Source of the DNA: a virus
Taxonomy: Duplodnaviria; Heunggongvirae; Uroviricota; Caudoviricetes
DNA: 34,819 bases
Virus record (IMG/VR): IMGVR_UViG_2693429713_000015
Reading direction: 5' to 3' (one strand)
The notes beneath the pieces were generated by a model. That model ran no database searches. It saw only the letters and a list, made by a program, of their open reading frames with translations, and was not told where the DNA came from. Shown here one piece after another: positions 26,830 to 34,819 of this stretch (its first letter is position 1; each line of letters starts with the position of its first letter). The position numbers were made by a program, and so were the translations under genes.

Positions 26830-29520
26830 ATGTCGGGACAGTTTTCAGTCGGCGTTGTTATCGGCGGGATGATTGGTAGCACATTCCGTTCTGCAATGAG
26901 CGGTACCCGCCGTGCGCTTGATTCCCTGAGCGATACCTCACGCCGCCTGCAGGAACGTCAGAACGCTTTAACCCGTGCAACAGAACGTTATGGTCAACTG
27001 GGTTCTTCCCGGATGCAGCATCTCAACAGCGAGCTGCTGCGGGTAAGCCGCACCATGGAGCAAATTGAGCGCCAGCAGCGCCGTCTGTCAGCGGCATCCG
27101 CTACCAGTGATGCGCTGAAAGCTAACCGCATGGCGCTGTATGGTCAGGGGATTGAAGCGTATGGCATGGCACAGACTGTTTATCATACGGTTTCCCCTGC
27201 CGTTCAGCAGTCCATGTCTTTTCAGGACAAAATGATTGATATGTCGATCACCGCAAAATATGACAATAAAACGCGGGATGGACTTGCCGGACAGATAAAA
27301 GGCTGGGCGCTTAAATACAATCAGTATCAGGATGAGCTGCAGGAGGCGGTGGGTTCACTCATCAGCGACAATATTGATAATGTGTCAGATATCGGTTTTC
27401 TGATGCCGGATATTGCCCGCGCGGCAACGGCAACACGCACGTCTGCTCAGGACTGGGCAAAAGTGGCCGCAGTCTGGCAAAACTCCCTGAAAGGTGCGGC
27501 CAGAGATTTTGGTGCCGTTCAGAATATTATGGCTTATGCCGGTGACCAGGGGTCATTTGAAATCCCGGATCAGGTCAAGTGGATGCAGTCCCTGGCCCCA
27601 ATGATGGCGGGTATTGCCAGTGGAAAAGAGGCTGTTGCTGAAATCGGGGCCAGTCTCCAGATAGCAAAAATCGGTGCAGGTTCCACCGACGAAGCAGCCA
27701 ATAATTTTAAAAACTTTCTTACCAAAATTTTTGCCCGCGATACTCAGAAACAGTTTGCTGATCTGGGTATTGATTTGCAGGGATCTATTGCGAGTTATAA
27801 AGCTGCGGGGATCTCTCCGATTGAAGGGATGTTGAGTGTTATAGAACGTTACCTCAATGCCAAAAGCCCCGAAGCGCTGGCCGGCTTCAAATCAGCCATG
27901 AAAATAAAGAATGATACGGCAAGAGATGAGGCACTTCAGGCTCTGGCGAAAAACTTTGGTCTGGGCGATATGTTCGCGGATATGCAGGTCATGGCATTTA
28001 TCCGCCCGATGCTGGCCAACATGGACAGATATCGAGAGATCCGTGCCGGTGCTCTCAGGGCTGCGGATAACGATTTGCTTGCCAGTGCTTATGATCAGCG
28101 GCTGAAATCTCCCCTTGAAGCCACTAAAACACTTATGGTCAGCAGTCGCGATCTGGCAATTACGCTGGGCGATCAATTAGCTCCATCTTTTATTTCTTTG
28201 ACTCAGGAACTGCTTCCACTCATTCAGGGGGCAAAACACTGGGTAGCGACTCACCCGCAATTTGTCAGTGGGGCTTTTAAGCTCATCAGTGCGCTCCTTG
28301 CGATTAAGATAGCGACTGTTGGTCTCAAACTGGGGCTGAATCTCCTTATTTCCCCCTTTGTAAGTGTCTGGAAAAATGCTGTTTTACTTCGGGCCAACTG
28401 GCTTCGTCTGTCGCTCGCACTGGGGCAAGGCGGTAAGCTCCGCTGGCTGGTGACCGGATTTAGCGCCGTCGCCAGAGGAGCCAGAACACTGAGTGGCGTG
28501 CTCTCCGGGGGGCTGGTTCGCGGAATTATGCTCGCCGGACGTGCTGTTCTCTGGATTGGACGTGCGCTGATGATGAATCCCATCGGTCTCGTTATCACCG
28601 CTGTCGCGGCAGCAGCTTACCTTATCTACCGCAACTGGGGGGCAGTCAGTGGCTGGTTTAAACAGCGCTGGGCAGACATTCAGGAAGCCTTTAACGGCGG
28701 CATTGTGGGAATTGGTAAGTTACTGATTAACTGGTCGCCGGCAGGCCTGCTCTATAAAGCCTTTGCAGCTGCGCTGAAATATCTTGGTGTTGATCTGCCG
28801 GCAAAGTTTACCGACTTCGGTGGCCATCTTGTCGATGGTCTGATTAACGGTATCAAAAACAAATGGGAGTCGCTCAAATCCAGTGTAACCGGAATGGGTG
28901 ACAGCATCAGTGGCTGGTTCAGCGAAAAGCTGGGCATTCATTCGCCGAGCCGCGTGTTTATGGGCTTTGGTGACAATATCGCGCAGGGGGCCGCCATTGG
29001 CCTGCAGCGGACCACTCCGCTTGCAGCTCTGGCCGGGCAGCGAATGGCCAGTGAACTGCTCCCCAGAATGCCCGTGAGCATCCAGGGGCCAGAAATACGG
29101 GATAACACTTCAGGTGTTCGCTTCAGTATGCCGTTGCCCGATATCAATGGGTTTATGTCGTCTGCTAAAAATGCGATCGGAGCCGTAATCAATAGTTTGT
29201 CTTCCATGCCCGCTATTCCGCTCTCCACCCGGGCATCGATTTTACCAGGGCAACGTCTGGCAAATGAGATGACACCGGATGTTCCCCGTATCCCCTCGCC
29301 TGAAATCCTGGCTGCCGGATATTCAGGCCGTGGTGCAGCTGCAACCGGCGGTGGAACGTCTGGTGGTATCCAGGTCAGCTTTAATCCTCAGTTTTTCCTC
29401 AATGGCAGGGAAACCACAGCGCCTGCAGGACTGACTGGTGCCCTGAATATGAGTCTGCATGAGCTGGAAAAAATGCTGGAGCGTCTGCTGGCTCAGAAAC
29501 AACGTAAGGAGTACCGCTGA
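26830..29520 (+). CDS. Tail tape measure protein
   Basis: 896 aa, helical N-terminal half, hydrophobic central segments and Gly-rich C-terminus; CCGGAGG RBS. Confidence 0.85.
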   Translation: MSGQFSVGVVIGGMIGSTFRSAMSGTRRALDSLSDTSRRLQERQNALTRATERYGQLGSSRMQHLNSELLRVSRTMEQIERQQRRLSAASATSDALKANRMALYGQGIEAYGMAQTVYHTVSPAVQQSMSFQDKMIDMSITAKYDNKTRDGLAGQIKGWALKYNQYQDELQEAVGSLISDNIDNVSDIGFLMPDIARAATATRTSAQDWAKVAAVWQNSLKGAARDFGAVQNIMAYAGDQGSFEIPDQVKWMQSLAPMMAGIASGKEAVAEIGASLQIAKIGAGSTDEAANNFKNFLTKIFARDTQKQFADLGIDLQGSIASYKAAGISPIEGMLSVIERYLNAKSPEALAGFKSAMKIKNDTARDEALQALAKNFGLGDMFADMQVMAFIRPMLANMDRYREIRAGALRAADNDLLASAYDQRLKSPLEATKTLMVSSRDLAITLGDQLAPSFISLTQELLPLIQGAKHWVATHPQFVSGAFKLISALLAIKIATVGLKLGLNLLISPFVSVWKNAVLLRANWLRLSLALGQGGKLRWLVTGFSAVARGARTLSGVLSGGLVRGIMLAGRAVLWIGRALMMNPIGLVITAVAAAAYLIYRNWGAVSGWFKQRWADIQEAFNGGIVGIGKLLINWSPAGLLYKAFAAALKYLGVDLPAKFTDFGGHLVDGLINGIKNKWESLKSSVTGMGDSISGWFSEKLGIHSPSRVFMGFGDNIAQGAAIGLQRTTPLAALAGQRMASELLPRMPVSIQGPEIRDNTSGVRFSMPLPDINGFMSSAKNAIGAVINSLSSMPAIPLSTRASILPGQRLANEMTPDVPRIPSPEILAAGYSGRGAAATGGGTSGGIQVSFNPQFFLNGRETTAPAGLTGALNMSLHELEKMLERLLAQKQRKEYR

Positions 29521-30404
29521 TGTTTGCCGTACTGGGTGATATTGAGTTTGAGCTGATTACCTACTGGGACGGCTTCGAGGCCACGTTCGGCGTCGATTAT
29601 GCGGAGCATGCCCGCATCGGGGGTAAGCCTGGCCTGCAGTTCGTCGGCGACAGGCTGGACGAAATCCAGATAACTCTGGTTTTCCATCAGCATTATTGTG
29701 TACCCGATGTGGAGCTGGCGAGACTGCGAACAGCCATGAAAGCCCATCAGGCACTGGCGCTGGTCTTCGGCAACGGTGACTATCGCGGCTGGTTCGTGAT
29801 TACCGATGTGACTGCAACCAGCGAGCAGACTGACAGTACCGGCAACGTGCTGGCTGTCAGTGCCACCGTGTCTCTCCGGGAATACACCGGTGACCCGAAA
29901 AATCCTCTGCAACCACCGGCAATACGCACGAAGCTCCCGGGTGTCGGGGCGGTCTCCGGTGCCATACCTTCACCTTCAGGGGTGGCGCAGTTCATCCGCA
30001 ACGGCGTCAACTATGCGAAACAGGCGCAGTCTGTACTCCAGACCACTATCAGCGCCGTTCGGGTGACACAGAAAATGAAGGATAACCCCGTTGTCGCACT
30101 GACCCGTGTGCCGGGGCTGATGAGCGGACTGGGTAATATCTCCGGGGCTCTGGGGAAAAGTGTTCCGGCGTTTAACGCACTCTCTGAATCCATGCCCGAT
30201 GCCATCAGTCTGGCCAGAACAGCCAGCGAAGCAGCCACGTATGTACAGCAGGCACAGTCTGCGCTGAGTGGTGTGGACAAAAGAAATATTGCAGGTGCTC
30301 TGGATACCGTTTCCGGGCAGCTTAACGCCGCCGGCACAGCATTCAACCGCATGTCTCCGGAATTAAGTGCAATGGCCGCCAGAATACTGACGAGGAGTGT
30401 GTGA
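29520..30404 (+). CDS. P2 gpU-like tail protein with a long Ala/Ser/Gly-rich C-terminal extension
   Basis: N-terminal about 130 aa (MFAVLGDIEFELITYWDGF...GWFVITDV) resembles the GpU family; about 160 aa of low-complexity extension follows. Confidence 0.6.
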   Translation: MFAVLGDIEFELITYWDGFEATFGVDYAEHARIGGKPGLQFVGDRLDEIQITLVFHQHYCVPDVELARLRTAMKAHQALALVFGNGDYRGWFVITDVTATSEQTDSTGNVLAVSATVSLREYTGDPKNPLQPPAIRTKLPGVGAVSGAIPSPSGVAQFIRNGVNYAKQAQSVLQTTISAVRVTQKMKDNPVVALTRVPGLMSGLGNISGALGKSVPAFNALSESMPDAISLARTASEAATYVQQAQSALSGVDKRNIAGALDTVSGQLNAAGTAFNRMSPELSAMAARILTRSV

Positions 30405-30616
30405 TGTTTCTTGAACATGTTACCCGTGACGGAGAGCGCTGGGATTCGCTGGCATGGCAGTACTACGGTGACCCGCTGGGCTATCCCCGGATTATTGCCG
30501 CCAATCCGCACGTGGCCATCACGCCGGTGCTGCCCTCCGGGCTGTTGTTACTGATCCCGGTGATTGAGGCTGAAGAAGCCCGTACAGAAGAGGATATTGC
30601 CCCATGGCTGAGATAA
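30401..30616 (+). CDS. Tail protein X-like (P2 gpX family)
   Basis: 71 aa; GERWDSLAWQYYGDP motif. Confidence 0.6.
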   Translation: MMFLEHVTRDGERWDSLAWQYYGDPLGYPRIIAANPHVAITPVLPSGLLLLIPVIEAEEARTEEDIAPWLR

Positions 30617-31758
30617 ACAGCACTGCGCAAGTCACATCAGCGTTAACCGGCGTCAGCGATGTGCTGACACCGGTGTTCACTTTGTGGTATCTGCAGAAAA
30701 ACATCACCTCTGATATCGCGCCTTATGTCACCCGTGTGACCTGGAGCGATAACATCAAAAATGAGTCCGATACCATTGAGGTGGAGCTGGACGACACCGA
30801 TGGCCGCTGGCTGGATAAATGGTATCCGGGCAAGGGTGACACGCTGACGCTGAAAATGGGCTATCAGGGCGAGAAGCTGCTGTCCTGCGGTACGTTCTCT
30901 ATAGACGAGATCGAAGTGAGTTCGCCCGCTTCCGTTGTTTCTATCCGTGGGGTGGCCACCTCGGTTAACAGTGCCCTGCGGACTAAAACCAGTCGTGGTT
31001 TTGAGAACACCACGCTGGCAGCTGTTGCGGGGCGGATTGCCAGAAAGCACCGACTGAAACTGGTGGGCAGCATTGAGTCCATCAGAATCGACCGGGTGAC
31101 CCAGTATGCTGAAACCGACGTGGGTTTTCTGCGCCGGCTGGCCAGCGAGTATGGTTATGCAGTGAAAGTGGTCAGTGACCAGCTGATTTTTTCTCATCTG
31201 GCCACACTGCGCAGTCAGGAGCCGGTCAGGCAGTTAAAACCGCAGGATGTGGCCCGCTTTTCCCTGCGTGACACCATCAACCGGGTCTATAAATCTGCAA
31301 AGGTAAAACACCAGAAAAGCAGCAGTAAAAAACTGATCGTCTACGAAGCTGATGGTGGTACCCGTGAAAGCGACAAAAAGCTCAAAGGTGGTAAGGTTAC
31401 CAGCGCTGACTCACTTAAAGTTAACAGCCGCGTCAGCGACCCGGACAGTGCCCGGATTAAAGCGGATTCAGCACTGGCCAGACATAACGAATACCAGCAG
31501 AACGGCTCCCTGACGCTGACGGGAACACCTCAACTGACAGCAGGCAACAAAATTGAACTGGTGGGTTTTGGGCAGTTATCCGGGCCATGGCTCATAACCA
31601 CTGCCCGCCATGCGTTTGACCGTAACAGCGGCTACACCACAGAGCTGGAAGTGGCACGGGGGCCAGTCACAAGAGGGAAAAAACAAAAAACTCAGAAACT
31701 CACGGTTTATCACCCGGATGGCAGTACATCGACGGTGATTAAGGAGAAGAAAAAATGA
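30604..31758 (+). CDS. Tail/baseplate hub protein (P2 gpD-like)
   Basis: 384 aa; position after U and X and before V. Confidence 0.7.
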   Translation: MAEINSTAQVTSALTGVSDVLTPVFTLWYLQKNITSDIAPYVTRVTWSDNIKNESDTIEVELDDTDGRWLDKWYPGKGDTLTLKMGYQGEKLLSCGTFSIDEIEVSSPASVVSIRGVATSVNSALRTKTSRGFENTTLAAVAGRIARKHRLKLVGSIESIRIDRVTQYAETDVGFLRRLASEYGYAVKVVSDQLIFSHLATLRSQEPVRQLKPQDVARFSLRDTINRVYKSAKVKHQKSSSKKLIVYEADGGTRESDKKLKGGKVTSADSLKVNSRVSDPDSARIKADSALARHNEYQQNGSLTLTGTPQLTAGNKIELVGFGQLSGPWLITTARHAFDRNSGYTTELEVARGPVTRGKKQKTQKLTVYHPDGSTSTVIKEKKK

Positions 31759-32351
31759 CTGGTGTCACTCGTCAGGTCGGTACGGTCAGTGCCGTTGATG
31801 CCGACAGGGTTCAGGCCCGCGTTCGTCTGCCTGAATGCGATAACCTGCGCACAAACTGGCTTAACGTGCTGCAGCGCAATACCCAGGATAACAAAGATTA
31901 CTGGCTCCCTGACGTGGGGGAGCAGGTTGAGGTGCTGCTCGATGCCAACGGCGAGGATGGTGTTATTCTGGGCGCGGTGTATTCAGACGTCGATAAACCA
32001 CCGTTCAGTGACAAAAATATCCGGGGAACCCGGTTTGCTGATGGTGCAGAGTACAGCTACAACCGGAAGACGCACACTCTGACCATCCGGGGCGGCATTG
32101 AGCATATTGTCATTGAGTGTGGTGCTGATGTGGTATTGAAAACACAGAAAGCCACGATTGACGCACCGGAAACCGAACTTACCGGAGATCTGCGTGTCAG
32201 GGGTAAGCTGATTTACGAAGGAGGCATGGCGGGTTCTGGTGGTGAAGGTGTTACCGCGACCATCCATGGCAATATCGAGATTAAAGGGAATGCCCATGCC
32301 ACGGGCAGTATGTTGTCTGATGGCGAAAACTCCAGCCACCACTCCCACTGA
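31755..32351 (+). CDS. Baseplate spike protein (gpV-like)
   Basis: 198 aa; N-terminal OB-like segment (GTVSAVDADRVQARVRL) and His-rich C-terminus SSHHSH. Confidence 0.7.
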   Translation: MTGVTRQVGTVSAVDADRVQARVRLPECDNLRTNWLNVLQRNTQDNKDYWLPDVGEQVEVLLDANGEDGVILGAVYSDVDKPPFSDKNIRGTRFADGAEYSYNRKTHTLTIRGGIEHIVIECGADVVLKTQKATIDAPETELTGDLRVRGKLIYEGGMAGSGGEGVTATIHGNIEIKGNAHATGSMLSDGENSSHHSH

Positions 32352-32405
32352 GCTTTTTAAACGCCTTTAATATCAGCGTTCCCGCACGGGGGCAATACTG
32401 CCCCC

Positions 32406-32753
32406 ATGAAAACAACCTCAGTATTCTGGCAACCGACCCTGCAGGCTCCCGGCGAAATTGTCCGGGGGCTGGATGATATCCGGCAGGCGATTCAAATTAT
32501 CCTGCGGACTCCCCGCGGCAGCGACCCGCATCGCCCGGAGTTCGGCAGCAATCTGCATCTTTATATCGACTGGCCTGTAGACCGGGCCATTCCGCATGTG
32601 GTGCGCGAATCCGTCGATGCCATCCGGCGCTGGGAGCCCCGCTGCCAGCTTATGTCAGTTAAACCCGCCGTCGACGGCGAACATCTTACGCTCCGGGTGA
32701 GCTGGAAAGGCTCAGACGGACAGACCCGGACTCAGGAGCTGCTATGGCGCTGA
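32406..32753 (+). CDS. Baseplate wedge protein (gpW / gp25-like)
   Basis: 115 aa; PEFGSNLHLYIDWPVD signature. Confidence 0.75.
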   Translation: MKTTSVFWQPTLQAPGEIVRGLDDIRQAIQIILRTPRGSDPHRPEFGSNLHLYIDWPVDRAIPHVVRESVDAIRRWEPRCQLMSVKPAVDGEHLTLRVSWKGSDGQTRTQELLWR

Positions 32754-33847
32754 CAGAACCCGATTTTATTGAACGCGATGCCGACAAAATCACGGCAGAA
32801 ATGATTGCGAAGTATGAAGCGGATACCGGCAAAACGCTGTACCCGGCACAGGCAGAACGTCTGCTGATTGATCTGTGGGCCTATCGCGAAATGCTGGTCA
32901 GGGTTGCGGTACAGGAGGCAGCAAAGCAGAATCTGGTCGCCTTTGCCCGTGAGCCGATGATTGATTACCTCGGTGAACTGGTCGGTGTATACCGTCTTGC
33001 CGCGCAGCCTGCCACTACCACGCTCCAGTTCTCCGTAGATGAGGCACTGGCCATTGATGTGCTGATCCCGGCAGGCACCCGCGTCAGCGCTTCCGACAGC
33101 GTTATTTTTGCCACCGATACAGATGTGGTACTGAAGGCCGGATTGCTGCTGGTCAATGTCACGTCCACCTGTACCGAACCCGGTACCGCTGGTAACGGCT
33201 GGCAACCTGCGCAGGTCAGTCAGTTACTCGATGAGATTGATAACGTCGACCTGCTGGTGAGCAATCTGACGGCCAGTTCCGGCGGTTCAGAACAGGAAGA
33301 CGATGACAGGCTCCGGGAGCGTATCAGGCTGGCCCCGGAGTCATTCACCAATGCCGGAAGCCGTGGCGCATACCGCTTTCATGCCATGCAGGCCCATCCC
33401 AACATTGTCGATGTTGCTGTGCTTTCCCCGGTTCCCGGGACCGTAGATCTGTATCCGCTGCTCAGTACCGGTCTGCCGGACGGCGGTGTTCTCACGCTGG
33501 TAGAGAGTTTCTGCTCTGATGAGAAAGTCAGGCCACTCACTGATACAGTGCGGGCTAAAACACCAGTGAAGGTGGATTACACCATTGAAGCCAAGATTAC
33601 GATCTATCGTGATCAGGATGCCAGGTCTGTAAAAGATGCCGCTAACAGCGCCATACAGAACTGGGTGGCATCACGTGCCGCCACGCTGGGGCGCGATATT
33701 GTCCCCAGCCAGATTATCAGTGCATTGTCCGTTTCCGGGGTGTACCAGGTTGAACTGGTGACACCGGCACTGCGGGTGGTGGCAGAAAACGAATGGGCAA
33801 ACTGTACGGCAATCACTCTTAACATGACTGGAGTGTCTGATGACTGA
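32744..33847 (+). CDS. Baseplate J-like protein
   Basis: 367 aa; position between W and I. Confidence 0.8.
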   Translation: MALTEPDFIERDADKITAEMIAKYEADTGKTLYPAQAERLLIDLWAYREMLVRVAVQEAAKQNLVAFAREPMIDYLGELVGVYRLAAQPATTTLQFSVDEALAIDVLIPAGTRVSASDSVIFATDTDVVLKAGLLLVNVTSTCTEPGTAGNGWQPAQVSQLLDEIDNVDLLVSNLTASSGGSEQEDDDRLRERIRLAPESFTNAGSRGAYRFHAMQAHPNIVDVAVLSPVPGTVDLYPLLSTGLPDGGVLTLVESFCSDEKVRPLTDTVRAKTPVKVDYTIEAKITIYRDQDARSVKDAANSAIQNWVASRAATLGRDIVPSQIISALSVSGVYQVELVTPALRVVAENEWANCTAITLNMTGVSDD

Positions 33848-34418
33848 GCCATTACAACTCCCGCCACCGCTTGAGGGTGATATCAGTCTCAGGACGCTGG
33901 GAAGACTGGCAGGACGGCTGGATAACATCGACCTGAGCGTACTGATGGTCTTTCTCGTCGATATCGTCGACAGTTCCGCGCTGCCATGGCTGGGCGAGCA
34001 GTTCTCACTGTCTGGCGATGGCTGGGAGCTGGCGGAATCGGACGATGTTCGCCGCATGCTTATAAAAGCAGCCATCGAACTGCACCGGTATAAAGGGACG
34101 CCGTGGTCAATCCGGGAAGTTATCCGCCGTTTTGGCTTTGGTGAAGTGGATCTGATTGAAGGCACAGGTCGTCTCAGTTACGACGGCAATCGCAGCTATA
34201 ACGGACTGTTTGTTCATGGAGATGCAGCCGCCTGGGCAGTTTATCGCGTTATTCTGAAACAGCCCATTACTAACGATCAGGCCGCGATGCTGCGTCAGAC
34301 GCTCGCTGCATTTGCACCGGCCCGCTGCCATCTGGCCAGCCTGGAGTATCAGTCTGTGGCCATTCGCTATAACAATACCGCCATCCATGATGGCAGTTAT
34401 AACCACGGGAGCAGTTGA
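33840..34418 (+). CDS. Tail protein I-like (P2 gpI family)
   Basis: 192 aa; position between J and the tail fibre. Confidence 0.7.
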   Translation: MTEPLQLPPPLEGDISLRTLGRLAGRLDNIDLSVLMVFLVDIVDSSALPWLGEQFSLSGDGWELAESDDVRRMLIKAAIELHRYKGTPWSIREVIRRFGFGEVDLIEGTGRLSYDGNRSYNGLFVHGDAAAWAVYRVILKQPITNDQAAMLRQTLAAFAPARCHLASLEYQSVAIRYNNTAIHDGSYNHGSS

Positions 34419-34420
34419 TT

Positions 34421-34819
34421 ATGGGAAACCTGAATGAAACAGAAAAGTGGGAAGAAAATATCTATCAACTGGAGACATCAGATCCGGTTCTGGGTGGTGC
34501 AGACGGGATATCAAATCGAGCCCCCCGGCAACTGGCAAACAGGACGAAATGGCTGAAGAAAAAAACGGAGGAAGCCGCACAGTCACTGGCTGAACACGTA
34601 CGTTCCCGTAACCACCCGGACGCGACACTGACAGCTAAGGGGTTCACCCAACTGAGCAGTGCCACCAACAGCACCTCTGAAACGCTGGCCGCCACACCAA
34701 AGGCCGTCAAGGCTGCATATGACCTGGCTGCCGGCAAGGCCCCCGTCAGCCATACTCACCCGTGGAGTCAGATAACGGGAGTGCCTGCTGCCTCGCTGAC
34801 GGCAAAAGGCACCGTACAA
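34421..34819 (+). CDS. Tail fibre protein, N-terminal 133 codons (truncated by window end)
   Basis: ATG at 34421 with GGGAGC RBS; open to the window edge; N-terminus MGNLNETEKWEENIYQLETSDPVLGG...TPKAVKAAYD typical of tail-fibre N-termini. Confidence 0.7.
   Translation, partial: MGNLNETEKWEENIYQLETSDPVLGGADGISNRAPRQLANRTKWLKKKTEEAAQSLAEHVRSRNHPDATLTAKGFTQLSSATNSTSETLAATPKAVKAAYDLAAGKAPVSHTHPWSQITGVPAASLTAKGTVQ

Noticed and set aside
30643-31197. 184-aa minus-strand ORF
   Set aside because: Antisense to the gpD-like gene.

Overview
The window holds about 1.2 kb of Escherichia-type chromosome followed by at least 33.6 kb of a transposable (Mu-family) prophage that runs off the right edge. Host part: an intact cbrC (yieJ) gene, a stem-loop terminator, and a convergent yieK gene whose 5' end is missing; the prophage appears to have transposed into yieK (junction near 1213). 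Prophage part: a leftward early operon (9975 down to 1374) encoding Ner-like regulator, Mu-type DDE transposase A, transposition ATPase B, Gam, a run of small translationally coupled proteins, GemA-like and Mor/C-like activator; a divergent XRE-type repressor (10069-10425) with a perfect 16-bp palindromic operator in the spacer of the early promoter; an accessory island (10.5-12.9 kb) with a Dam-family methyltransferase, two small ORFs and an uncharacterised P-loop NTPase; then a rightward late operon with a lysis cassette (holin, lytic-transglycosylase endolysin, Rz with embedded Rz1), a Mu-like head module (DUF3486 small terminase, TerL, portal, F, G, I, major capsid) and a P2-like contractile tail and baseplate module, ending in a truncated tail-fibre gene. 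No integrase, tRNA, rRNA or CRISPR array was seen. All protein assignments rest on motif and architecture recognition by eye, not on database searches. The best candidates for something undescribed are the accessory island at 10.5-12.9 kb and the cluster of small early proteins at 3.3-4.3 kb.
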